Part shown: positions 50,569 to 57,356 of the stretch, one piece after another
Layout of the letters: each line of letters starts with the position of its first letter
How positions within the stretch are numbered: the stretch's first letter is position 1
IMG/VR virus record: IMGVR_UViG_3300027749_000062
Location: 32,001 to 96,000 of that record
Length of the DNA: 64,000 nucleotides
From: a virus
Strand: one strand, 5' to 3'
Made by a program: the position numbers and the translations under genes
The notes under the pieces: generated by a model
What the model saw: only the letters and a program-made list of their open reading frames with translations
Told to the model about the DNA's origin: nothing
The model's database searches: none

Positions 50569-50576
50569 TATTTATA
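50569..50576 (-). promoter_or_regulatory. T4-type late promoter TATAAATA
   Basis: Exact consensus in an intergenic gap; gp33 is encoded nearby. Confidence 0.75.
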
Positions 50577-50593
50577 TACCGCCAGTTTTATAT

Positions 50594-51085
50594 TTAGTCA
50601 TCCAATAAAGTGTCTAATGAAGCAATAGTAGATGCAGCATCCGTGTGATGGATTGCTGTACCGCGTGCCTCAACCCAGTCAATGATAACAGAAAATGTGT
50701 CATCAATGATAATGGATTCTGGTGACGCAAAGGTATACTTCAAGCTTTTACCTGGTACAAAATTGCGTGGATAGTTGATACCATGAGAAATCAACCATTT
50801 TGTTTTCTGGTCTGAAATATCCTCATGCGAATCTTGCCTTGCTGTAGAAGAAAGAATCTCTACAGGAATATCTAATGTGTTCAAGTGATCCAATAACATC
50901 CTTGCATCTGGCATCATATCAAGGCTTGCAAATTGTTTAGTCTCAATAAAGGTGTTGAAGTAAGGACCAAAATTACGGTTCCTGTCAGCTTGTTCAGGTG
51001 TAATATGAAACATTTCTTTGTATCTCTTGGCAAAATCAGCAATCACGCCGTCCATGTCCAAATAGATTTTTGTAAACTTACTCAT
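50594..51085 (-). CDS. HAD-family 5'(3')-deoxyribonucleotidase-like protein
   Basis: 163 aa. IYLDMDGVIADF, K..W and IIDD motifs. Confidence 0.85.
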   Translation of the reverse strand: MSKFTKIYLDMDGVIADFAKRYKEMFHITPEQADRNRNFGPYFNTFIETKQFASLDMMPDARMLLDHLNTLDIPVEILSSTARQDSHEDISDQKTKWLISHGINYPRNFVPGKSLKYTFASPESIIIDDTFSVIIDWVEARGTAIHHTDAASTIASLDTLLDD

Positions 51086-51683
51086 TTGTAATTGCCTCTT
51101 TTAAAATATTCTTAAACTTAACTTTATCGTATGTAATAAATGGTGCATACTTTTCACACTTCAATTTCCAGGACGGCCAGATAATGTCATCACTAATCTT
51201 TTTGTCCCACATGGAAAAGAAGTTCATCATATCATTCAGTATCACCAATGTTTCAATCGATATTGAATTCTGCATTGCACCAACTAGTAAGTCAGGATAC
51301 TCACCAGGCCTTACCTTCATCAATTCATCAGGACTATTTACCTGTTCTAAGATGCGTACTATATCAGATTCAAAATTATATGTCAAGCTCTGAGAAATCT
51401 TTTGCCACTTCTTATATACATCTTCACCATTTGGTCCAGTCATTTCACCAACCCAAGTTGAGTCGCCGTATACAAAATTGGCCACATAGAAGTTCCTGAG
51501 TTCATCCAACGAGTATTTGCGTGATAACTTGTAGAAGCTATATTTATCTTTGCGCTTCAGGAAGGTATCTTTGCTCACATTAGTTTTTCCATGATACTTA
51601 AAGAAATCATAGGAAGACGAGGTGAAATGTAACTTCAAAGCATTATATAACGCAAAGGCTGCAAAGCCTGTACCTTCATTCAT
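51078..51683 (-). CDS. gp59: Loader of DNA helicase
   Basis: 201 aa. Y.ALKLHFT..SYDFFKY.GK...F.KRKDKY.F.KL, ISIETL.IL, KY.PF motifs; T4 gene order 33-59-32. Confidence 0.9.
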   Translation of the reverse strand: MNEGTGFAAFALYNALKLHFTSSSYDFFKYHGKTNVSKDTFLKRKDKYSFYKLSRKYSLDELRNFYVANFVYGDSTWVGEMTGPNGEDVYKKWQKISQSLTYNFESDIVRILEQVNSPDELMKVRPGEYPDLLVGAMQNSISIETLVILNDMMNFFSMWDKKISDDIIWPSWKLKCEKYAPFITYDKVKFKNILKEAITNE

Positions 51684-51901
51684 AGTGGCAGTTTTGCGGC
51701 CTTCTTGATTAGATTTACTGACTGTGCTTCTTCACGAATACGAGCCTTTAGAAATGAAGAAACCAATGTTGCTGCAACTTCTACCTCGATGCCTGTTTCA
51801 TCACAATATTGGATAATGACATCCATACAAGGCTGACCTTGCTCATCAGCCATCTCCAATATTTTAGTAGAGAAATCGGATATTTCTTCTCTAGTTGCCA
51901 T
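51680..51901 (-). CDS. gp33: Late transcription coactivator
   Basis: 73 aa. FS..I......MD.II.YC....IE.E..A.L....LK..I..EA...NL.......LP. Confidence 0.85.
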   Translation of the reverse strand: MATREEISDFSTKILEMADEQGQPCMDVIIQYCDETGIEVEVAATLVSSFLKARIREEAQSVNLIKKAAKLPL

Positions 51902-52116
51902 TATCGTTTACCTAGTGCAAATGTGATGCAGGTTGCAGTAGGTAATTGTTCATAAGCACACTTCACGGAAAGTGGATCAACGCCTTTTGAGATTGCTGAT
52001 TCCATATTCTTTGCAAAGTTATTGCGTTCATTTAATTGGTAAATGGTTACAGCTGCAATAGTAGAACCAATTAAAATGGTCACACAAACAATATATGTCA
52101 TTAATTCTTTATTCAT
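51901..52116 (-). CDS. Small membrane-anchored hypothetical protein
   Basis: N-terminal hydrophobic helix; AISKGVDPLSVKCAY motif. Start placed at MNKEL. Confidence 0.6.
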   Translation of the reverse strand: MNKELMTYIVCVTILIGSTIAAVTIYQLNERNNFAKNMESAISKGVDPLSVKCAYEQLPTATCITFALGKR

Positions 52117-52660
52117 AAAAACTCCTATTTCTGTCAATATTATCCACACGGCTTCTATAGAAAATGTGATGACCTATTTTCTTCACTTTTTCCAATTTCC
52201 ATTGTGGATTTACATAGTCGGCATGATAGTATGTTGCACCTTGTGTAACATCTTCCTTGAGGTCACGATTTAGAATCATATCCACGGCCAACTCACGAAC
52301 TTCATTATACAACGAACTATCTCTAATTGTCAAGCGTTTATCGGTAATGTTTTTATCACATAACCATGAAAACTGACAGGTTCCTCCCGTCTTCTGATGA
52401 ACAACTCCGCAAATATCTTTACTGTAACCGGATTGAACACGATTAATGGTAACAAAAGCAATAGCTTGTTTACCACTCAATGGTTCATGTCCAGCTTCAA
52501 AGTAAATGTTCTCTGCAAGGCATGTAACCTGCCTTTTTGTTGCCTCAGTGAGATCCCGATAATTAACTTTTAGAGGAATTCTATAATTAATGTTTATCGT
52601 AGCGAGGCAAAGAACTATTGCGGAAACTACTATGCTGAAAAGTATTGCTTTACTTCGCAT
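52109..52660 (-). CDS. Cell wall hydrolase (SleB/Hydrolase_2)
   Basis: 183 aa. CLAENIYFEA..E...G..A...V..NRV, ICGVV.Q, CQFSW, T.GA.YYHA.YV.P.W, IG.HIFY motifs; N-terminal TM segment. Confidence 0.92.
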   Translation of the reverse strand: MRSKAILFSIVVSAIVLCLATININYRIPLKVNYRDLTEATKRQVTCLAENIYFEAGHEPLSGKQAIAFVTINRVQSGYSKDICGVVHQKTGGTCQFSWLCDKNITDKRLTIRDSSLYNEVRELAVDMILNRDLKEDVTQGATYYHADYVNPQWKLEKVKKIGHHIFYRSRVDNIDRNRSFYE

Positions 52661-52681
52661 GGGTTTCCTTTCGAAAAAATG

Positions 52682-52720
52682 ATAGGTTATTGGACGGGAC
52701 TACCGTCAGAGATAACCTAT
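52682..52720 (-). other. Intergenic stem-loop (possible terminator or processing signal)
   Basis: ATAGGTTAT...GACGG-n5-CCGTC...ATAACCTAT inverted repeat between the OMP and SleB genes. Confidence 0.55.
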
Positions 52721-52735
52721 TAAACTCTTTTTAGT

Positions 52736-53179
52736 TTAGAAACTAAATTTAACGCCAGCAGTAATACGGCTACCGTTTTCTGCAACAACCCGGTCTTGAC
52801 CAGCTTGGTAACTGTAATCAAGTCCTGCTGTAACTGACTTGGTAATTGGCATACGAGCACCAATACCAGCAGAAGCGGCATAACCATCATAAGCTGAACC
52901 TGATTGGCTATCGATAAAAAGAAGACCAAATTTAGCATCAATTGATACAGGTCCCATTTTTGATACCTCTACACTATTAACCAAACTGTAAGAGTCAGCG
53001 GATGTAGAACGATTGAATCCTGCGGTTAGGTTATAACCATGTACGGTTTCACCAACTGATACACCCCAAACATTTTGTGTTGAGCTAAGATTGGTGCCAT
53101 CATTGATACCAACTTCTAAAGCCTGTGCGCTTGCAAATACACCCATAAGGGATGCGATAAGTACGAGTTTTTTAATCAA
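52736..53179 (-). CDS. Small outer-membrane beta-barrel protein (OmpA/Ail/Lom-like)
   Basis: 147 aa. TTG start with AGGAG RBS, signal peptide ending AQA, alternating beta strands, C-terminal ...AGVKFSF BAM signature. Confidence 0.8.
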   Translation of the reverse strand: MIKKLVLIASLMGVFASAQALEVGINDGTNLSSTQNVWGVSVGETVHGYNLTAGFNRSTSADSYSLVNSVEVSKMGPVSIDAKFGLLFIDSQSGSAYDGYAASAGIGARMPITKSVTAGLDYSYQAGQDRVVAENGSRITAGVKFSF

Positions 53180-53202
53180 AATTTTCTCCTATTGTTGAAC
53201 AA

Positions 53203-53516
53203 ATTGCCGACTGATTGGATAATAAGGACAGTCGGCGAAACCTCAGCTTAGCTTAAGCAGCTAGGCGATATGCGGAGTCGTTTGCATTTACGTTTTTTGC
53301 TTGATTAACGGTCATCGCCTACCGTGCTGTCCACTCTGTTACTTGTTGCCCTGTCGAAACTATGCACCCCCATCAAAAACGCACCAAAGGACTTGAACCT
53401 TATTTCTAGAATAGTACCATACAACCAGAGCGACTGGCAGATGCGTTTTTGGTGGAGGTGGGGGGATTCGCACCCCCGTCCAGAACACTTTTCTCTTTGC
53501 TTCATACAGCAATAAA
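53203..53516 (-). ncRNA. ssrA: Circularly permuted (two-piece) tmRNA, tag ANDSAYRLAA
   Basis: On the minus strand the acceptor piece (...GTTCTGGACGGGGGTGCGAATCCCCCCACCTCCACCA, ending 53450) comes first. A 78-nt intervening sequence follows, then the coding piece starting GGGGGTGCATAGTTTCGACAG (53371). The G3:U70 pair is present. The tag ORF 53285-53253 reads GCA AAC GAC TCC GCA TAT CGC CTA GCT GCT TAA; a 3' hairpin lies at 53206-53236. Confidence 0.92.
53379..53446 (-). ncRNA. tRNA-like element inside the tmRNA intervening sequence
   Basis: 7-bp acceptor-like stem ACGCATC/GGTGCGT, D-like arm CCAG-TCGCT-CTGG, T-arm AAGG-TTCAAGT-CCTT; the anticodon arm does not pair. Confidence 0.5.
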
Positions 53517-53518
53517 AT

Positions 53519-53609
53519 ACACACTTAGGGAGATTCTCACTCCCGTACCCACAAAGTGGGAACTTAGTCTAATTGCACAGCTGAGCCATGTCCCAGTTCA
53601 TAAGTGTGT
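53519..53609 (-). ncRNA. tRNA-like element upstream of the tmRNA acceptor piece
   Basis: 9-bp stem ACACACTTA/TAAGTGTGT stacked on T-arm GGGAG-TGAGAAT-CTCCC, plus CTGGG-ACATGG-CTCAG and CCCAC-TTT-GTGGG arms; no anticodon stem. Confidence 0.55.
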
Positions 53610-53618
53610 TAATTATAT

Positions 53619-53647
53619 ATTGTATCACAGGATTAGAGACTTGTCAA
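53619..53647 (-). promoter_or_regulatory. Sigma70-type promoter for the tRNA-like/tmRNA/OMP transcript
   Basis: TTGACA-agtctctaatcctgtga (17 nt)-TACAAT. Confidence 0.85.
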
Positions 53648-53659
53648 GCCTCTCATAAT

Positions 53660-53932
53660 TTAAGTGTTTTCGAATATATTTACAAAAACTGTTCCGTCTT
53701 CCAGTGCTTCTATTTCATGCCATTCGTTTGCTGCAAGATTAATTGGTTTTGAAAACTTATTGATAATTTTTTCACGACCTTCTTTGCGTAGGATGCAACT
53801 ACCTGCATTGCATATTGTAGCGTGAGCGAATGTGTGTTCATGTTTTGGTAATCCTTCATTCATGTTGGCGTGGTAAACATTGAAAGATGCGCCGGCATAA
53901 TCAAATTGATGAATAGGATTAACAACAATCAT
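53660..53932 (-). CDS. Cupin-fold protein
   Basis: 90 aa. LPKHEH.FAH and WHEIEALEDGTVFVN cupin motifs. Confidence 0.8.
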   Translation of the reverse strand: MIVVNPIHQFDYAGASFNVYHANMNEGLPKHEHTFAHATICNAGSCILRKEGREKIINKFSKPINLAANEWHEIEALEDGTVFVNIFENT

Positions 53933-54150
53933 AAATCTTCTAGACCTTGTATTACTGGACCTGTAGTAACAGGAGTTCTTTTAATTCTATTTTCAGAAGT
54001 ATTAAAATACCACCAATCGGCCATAACATCATCTTCACATTCCAACCAATATGTTGGTTCTGCTGGTGTCCAAGATTTTGTATCACATACATCTGCAATT
54101 CGATAACCATTTTCTACAAGTTCGTTTGGACATACTAATGCATATTTCAT
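53929..54150 (-). CDS. Small fibre-associated acidic protein
   Basis: 73 aa. MKYALV.PNE...GYRIADV...W..C.DDV.AD.WY, typical after Gly-rich fibre genes. Confidence 0.6.
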   Translation of the reverse strand: MKYALVCPNELVENGYRIADVCDTKSWTPAEPTYWLECEDDVMADWWYFNTSENRIKRTPVTTGPVIQGLEDL

Positions 54151-54163
54151 TTAAATGCTCCTT

Positions 54164-54787
54164 TTAATACTCAATAATTACATAACCAGCTGTACCGGAA
54201 TTATTAGGATAGTAACCTGTTCCAGCTTGACCAAGACCTCTATCATCAACACTCAAATTAGTTAAAGAATAACCAGGAGTTGTAAAGCCTGTTGCTGTAC
54301 CATTCGCAGCTGCGGCCGGTTGTGAAGGTGAAGTTCCGCCTGCAGCACCAGCACCGCCGCCGGTACATTGAATTGTGCTGATTGATTGTGTTCCAGAAGA
54401 TATTGAAGAAGTAGTTCCAGCATTTCCAGGACTACCAGGATTTCTACCGCTTTGGACGCCGAGGCCTCCGGCACCAGCTGTTCCAACAACTATAGTTAAT
54501 GTTAAACCTGGTGTTAGTCCAGTAATCCATTGAATTCCCTGTGCTCCGTATCCACCATAACCTCCAATAACATCAATGTATCCACAACCTGAAGGATATC
54601 GTCCATTGCCACCGGCGCCGCCACCTCCACTAACTACCCTAGCTTTTAATGATGTAATTCCAGTGGGTATAGTAAATGTGCCGTTAGCACTAAAATATTG
54701 TGCTCGAGGTCCCACATAAGAAGAAGCAGTATTTTGTGTACTATTATCTCCAAATGTTATTAAACCATTTCCTAATGATGTTGCCAT
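54164..54787 (-). CDS. Small Gly-rich fibre/adhesin protein
   Basis: 207 aa. ITFGDNSTQNTA, F.ANGTFTIPTG.T.L...V.GGGG, G.AGYVIIEY. Confidence 0.7.
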   Translation of the reverse strand: MATSLGNGLITFGDNSTQNTASSYVGPRAQYFSANGTFTIPTGITSLKARVVSGGGGAGGNGRYPSGCGYIDVIGGYGGYGAQGIQWITGLTPGLTLTIVVGTAGAGGLGVQSGRNPGSPGNAGTTSSISSGTQSISTIQCTGGGAGAAGGTSPSQPAAAANGTATGFTTPGYSLTNLSVDDRGLGQAGTGYYPNNSGTAGYVIIEY

Positions 54788-54814
54788 TGTTTTCCCCTTT
54801 TTTTTCTTACCACC

Positions 54815-54822
54815 TATTTATA
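54815..54822 (-). promoter_or_regulatory. T4-type late promoter TATAAATA
   Basis: Exact consensus overlapping the exonuclease stop codon, 27 nt before the Gly-rich gene. Confidence 0.75.
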
Positions 54823-55480
54823 AGGTTGTTTTATAGAATTCAATCGCTTTTACTAATCCCTCAATGTGGTCTTCTGTCTTTTCAACAAACACCAATGGTT
54901 CAGAACCATCTACGGCCATCAAGGTTACAATCTGGTCGACAGGTGTACCAATCATTTCTTCTAACATCAATGCATATGCAGTTTCTTGCCAAAAGTAAGA
55001 CATAATCTTATCTCTTGTTTTGATTCGGCTACTGGTTTTAAAGTCAATAATGGACAGTTTATTATCCCAATGTGCAATCAAATCAACACGCCCAGCAACA
55101 CCAAGTTTCTTGGAAAACAATGTACACTCTTGATACCAAATATCAGATACATTCGCATCTATGATTGGTTTAAGACTCTTGAACATTTCCAATGCATCAG
55201 GCATGGCTTTCTTTGAATACTCTGAGTTATTGTTTAGATATGCTTCACAGAGGCTATGCACATTCGTACCACGGCCAGATGCTTTACGCGAGATTTTATT
55301 AGCTTCTTCTTCACCAACACGTTTACGCCACGCAAGTATGTCAGCTTTACTCATCGCACCTAAAACGGTGGTAATGGAAGGCAATCTTGTACCATCAGCC
55401 AACTGATAGTATCTTTTACCATCAGGAAAAGTAGTAGATTGTAAATCTTGTAAAGATTCAGGTGGGCAGTAGTTAAACAT
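54818..55480 (-). CDS. PD-(D/E)XK exonuclease of T4-like phages
   Basis: 220 aa. R.Y....G..LPSITTVL, WR.RVG.EEA, RGT.VH, AGRVD.IA, IIDFKTS motifs. Confidence 0.88.
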   Translation of the reverse strand: MFNYCPPESLQDLQSTTFPDGKRYYQLADGTRLPSITTVLGAMSKADILAWRKRVGEEEANKISRKASGRGTNVHSLCEAYLNNNSEYSKKAMPDALEMFKSLKPIIDANVSDIWYQECTLFSKKLGVAGRVDLIAHWDNKLSIIDFKTSSRIKTRDKIMSYFWQETAYALMLEEMIGTPVDQIVTLMAVDGSEPLVFVEKTEDHIEGLVKAIEFYKTTL

Positions 55481-56244
55481 TATATTCCTAATTTATCGCA
55501 GGCAACAATCCATGATTTAACCAAACTGCTGCGAACAATGTCTTCTGGTGTAAATCCAATTTCAGTAAACTCATTCATATGTCTTGCAACATTCAAAAAC
55601 TCTGCAAGGCCTGATATATCATTCCTACTCTTAATTAAGTCATTCTGTTTCAAGTCACCAACAAAGATAATCTTAGAACGGTGACCAACACGGGAAATAA
55701 CCGAGCTCAATTCGTGAAATGTCATCGACTGACATTCATCTACAATAATGATAGAGTTGTCAATAGAGATGCCACGAATAGCTGTAGTGGAAATAAATCT
55801 AGCGTAACCTTGTTCCTTCAATCTATCCCACGCATCGGAACGACCAAAAAGTGTCTCACATATTTCTTTGTAAGGCACTTCATAAATCTCCATCTTTTCA
55901 TCTAGTGTACCTGGAACAAAACCTTGGTCTCTTACCTGTACAGCAGAACGAACAACCACAATATGTGTAAATGGATTGTCTTTGTTTAGAACTTCTTCAA
56001 TTGCACGATACAATGCTAAAAATGTTTTACCGACACCTGGTGATCCTAATAGGCCAATAAAGTAATCACCTGTTTTATATGCGTCAAAGAACTTTTGTTG
56101 ATTTTGTGTTAGTGCTTCAAATGTTTTTAAATGGTCTAATTTTATTTTTAAAGAGTTTGAAACGGGTAGGTGTCTGTGTATTACCTCATCACCTTCAATC
56201 GAATCATCACGTTTTTGTATTGCTGTTTTTCTATTGCTTGCCAT
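55480..56244 (-). CDS. phoH: PhoH-like ATPase
   Basis: 254 aa. LT.NQ, G.PG.GKTFLA, VRSAV..RD.GF.PG, IRG, IVDE.Q, GD..Q.DL, DIVRS motifs. Confidence 0.95.
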   Translation of the reverse strand: MASNRKTAIQKRDDSIEGDEVIHRHLPVSNSLKIKLDHLKTFEALTQNQQKFFDAYKTGDYFIGLLGSPGVGKTFLALYRAIEEVLNKDNPFTHIVVVRSAVQVRDQGFVPGTLDEKMEIYEVPYKEICETLFGRSDAWDRLKEQGYARFISTTAIRGISIDNSIIIVDECQSMTFHELSSVISRVGHRSKIIFVGDLKQNDLIKSRNDISGLAEFLNVARHMNEFTEIGFTPEDIVRSSLVKSWIVACDKLGI

Positions 56245-56270
56245 GAAACATCCTTGTTGTTGTTGCGGGA

Positions 56271-56426
56271 TTATTTGGAGGTTTTTGTTTTTGCAAATTC
56301 CTTCTTTAGTAAAGCAGCTACTTTGGTTTGTGAGACTTTCTTGGCTGGTGCTTGATGTTTTTGTGGCTGTTTGTAATAGCCAGTACCAAGAAGTGCAGGA
56401 ATGCGATAAGGACGATTAATTACCAT
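56271..56426 (-). CDS. Small basic hypothetical protein (51 aa)
   Basis: Below the ORF-track cutoff. MVINRPYRIPALLG...KTSK fills the gap and overlaps the upstream stop codon. Confidence 0.45.
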   Translation of the reverse strand: MVINRPYRIPALLGTGYYKQPQKHQAPAKKVSQTKVAALLKKEFAKTKTSK

Positions 56427-56698
56427 TCTCTAGGCAACTTTGTTTTATGACCTGACATTGTGTTTCCTGGAATGGATTCTTTCATGCGTTGAATGACACC
56501 ACGCTCAAAGGCCATATGAGCTTGACCGATACCGGGAACAGACATACGAGCACCATCTGACATAATTGGAAGATTGTGTGCTGTGTGATAGCGTTCAAGG
56601 TGTGGATTGTTTTGAGTAAACGAATCTAATTCCGCAATTCTCATACGGTGTTCTTCTACTTCGTTTGTATCTTTATTTAAGAAATCATAGCTGGGCAT
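56420..56698 (-). CDS. FmdB-like small regulatory protein of T4-like phages
   Basis: 92 aa. MPSYDF.NK.T.EV.E..M...E.D.F...NPHLE. Confidence 0.65.
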   Translation of the reverse strand: MPSYDFLNKDTNEVEEHRMRIAELDSFTQNNPHLERYHTAHNLPIMSDGARMSVPGIGQAHMAFERGVIQRMKESIPGNTMSGHKTKLPREW

Positions 56699-56710
56699 TA
56701 TACCATCCTA

Positions 56711-56770
56711 GAACATTACGAGAGTTAATCTTACCACGCCATGAGGCTAGGTGCGTCTTATTATTTATAT
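56711..56770. repeat. 60-bp direct repeat, copy A (relic 3' end of the glycosylase gene; contains TATAAATA)
   Basis: 58/60 identical to 57379-57438. Confidence 0.95.
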
Positions 56771-56786
56771 TCAAGTCCTGTTAGTC

Positions 56787-57356
56787 TTATGTTAATTTCT
56801 CTACATAGCTAAGCCAACCTGTTGTGATATACTTATGTTGTGTCGGTGATTTGATTCCTCTGTGTGTATGTGTCCAATCGGCCGGCCATATTAATGTCAA
56901 TCCTTTTTTAGGTTTAGTAATTAATTTTTGATGATAAAATTCAGTTCCACCTTCATCGGTAACATCATTCAAATATGTCATAAAAGCCAAATGTCTATCA
57001 GAATTTGGCATAGTTCTTTCTGAGTGCCAAACAGCATATGAACTTCCGGGTTTGTAATGTTGTATGTTTATTGTTTCTATGAGAGAGATGGGATTGTACC
57101 AATTACAAACTTGATATTTTTCAATATACTTGTTCAAACATTTTTGTAATTCTACTGTATATCTAAAAAAAACTTCGCCGCAAGAATTAAGAGATACCTC
57201 AGTAGTATCTTTAACCTCTTTGTTAATTATATTATGTCCAAAAACTCCAATGTGTTTAATTGGACTAATGTTATATGCTTCTATTATTTCATCACACAAA
57301 TTCAAATCGTCAATATATGTTTGATGTATAAAAGACTCATAAGGTATATTTGACAT
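56787..57356 (-). CDS. 2OG-Fe(II) oxygenase
   Basis: NIQHY.PG..Y..WHSE, R.LAFMTYLNDV..EGGTEF, PKKG..LIWPA.WTH.HRG, KYI.TGW motifs. Start placed at MSNIP (TAATG overlap). Confidence 0.92.
   Translation of the reverse strand: MSNIPYESFIHQTYIDDLNLCDEIIEAYNISPIKHIGVFGHNIINKEVKDTTEVSLNSCGEVFFRYTVELQKCLNKYIEKYQVCNWYNPISLIETINIQHYKPGSSYAVWHSERTMPNSDRHLAFMTYLNDVTDEGGTEFYHQKLITKPKKGLTLIWPADWTHTHRGIKSPTQHKYITTGWLSYVEKLT

Noticed and set aside
53398-53416. Amber suppressor (CTA) or Leu (TAG) anticodon in the intervening tRNA-like element
   Set aside because: TATTCTAGAAATA gives at most a 3-4 bp stem that overlaps the T-arm and is misplaced, so it is not a credible anticodon arm.
53305-53658. ORFs 53305-53505, 53324-53515 and 53449-53658
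   Set aside because: They overlap the tmRNA and tRNA-like structures, which explain the sequence much better.
54818-55480. Cas4 / CRISPR-associated nuclease
   Set aside because: It lacks the Fe-S cysteine cluster, and no cas genes or array are present. It is the usual T4-like exonuclease next to phoH.
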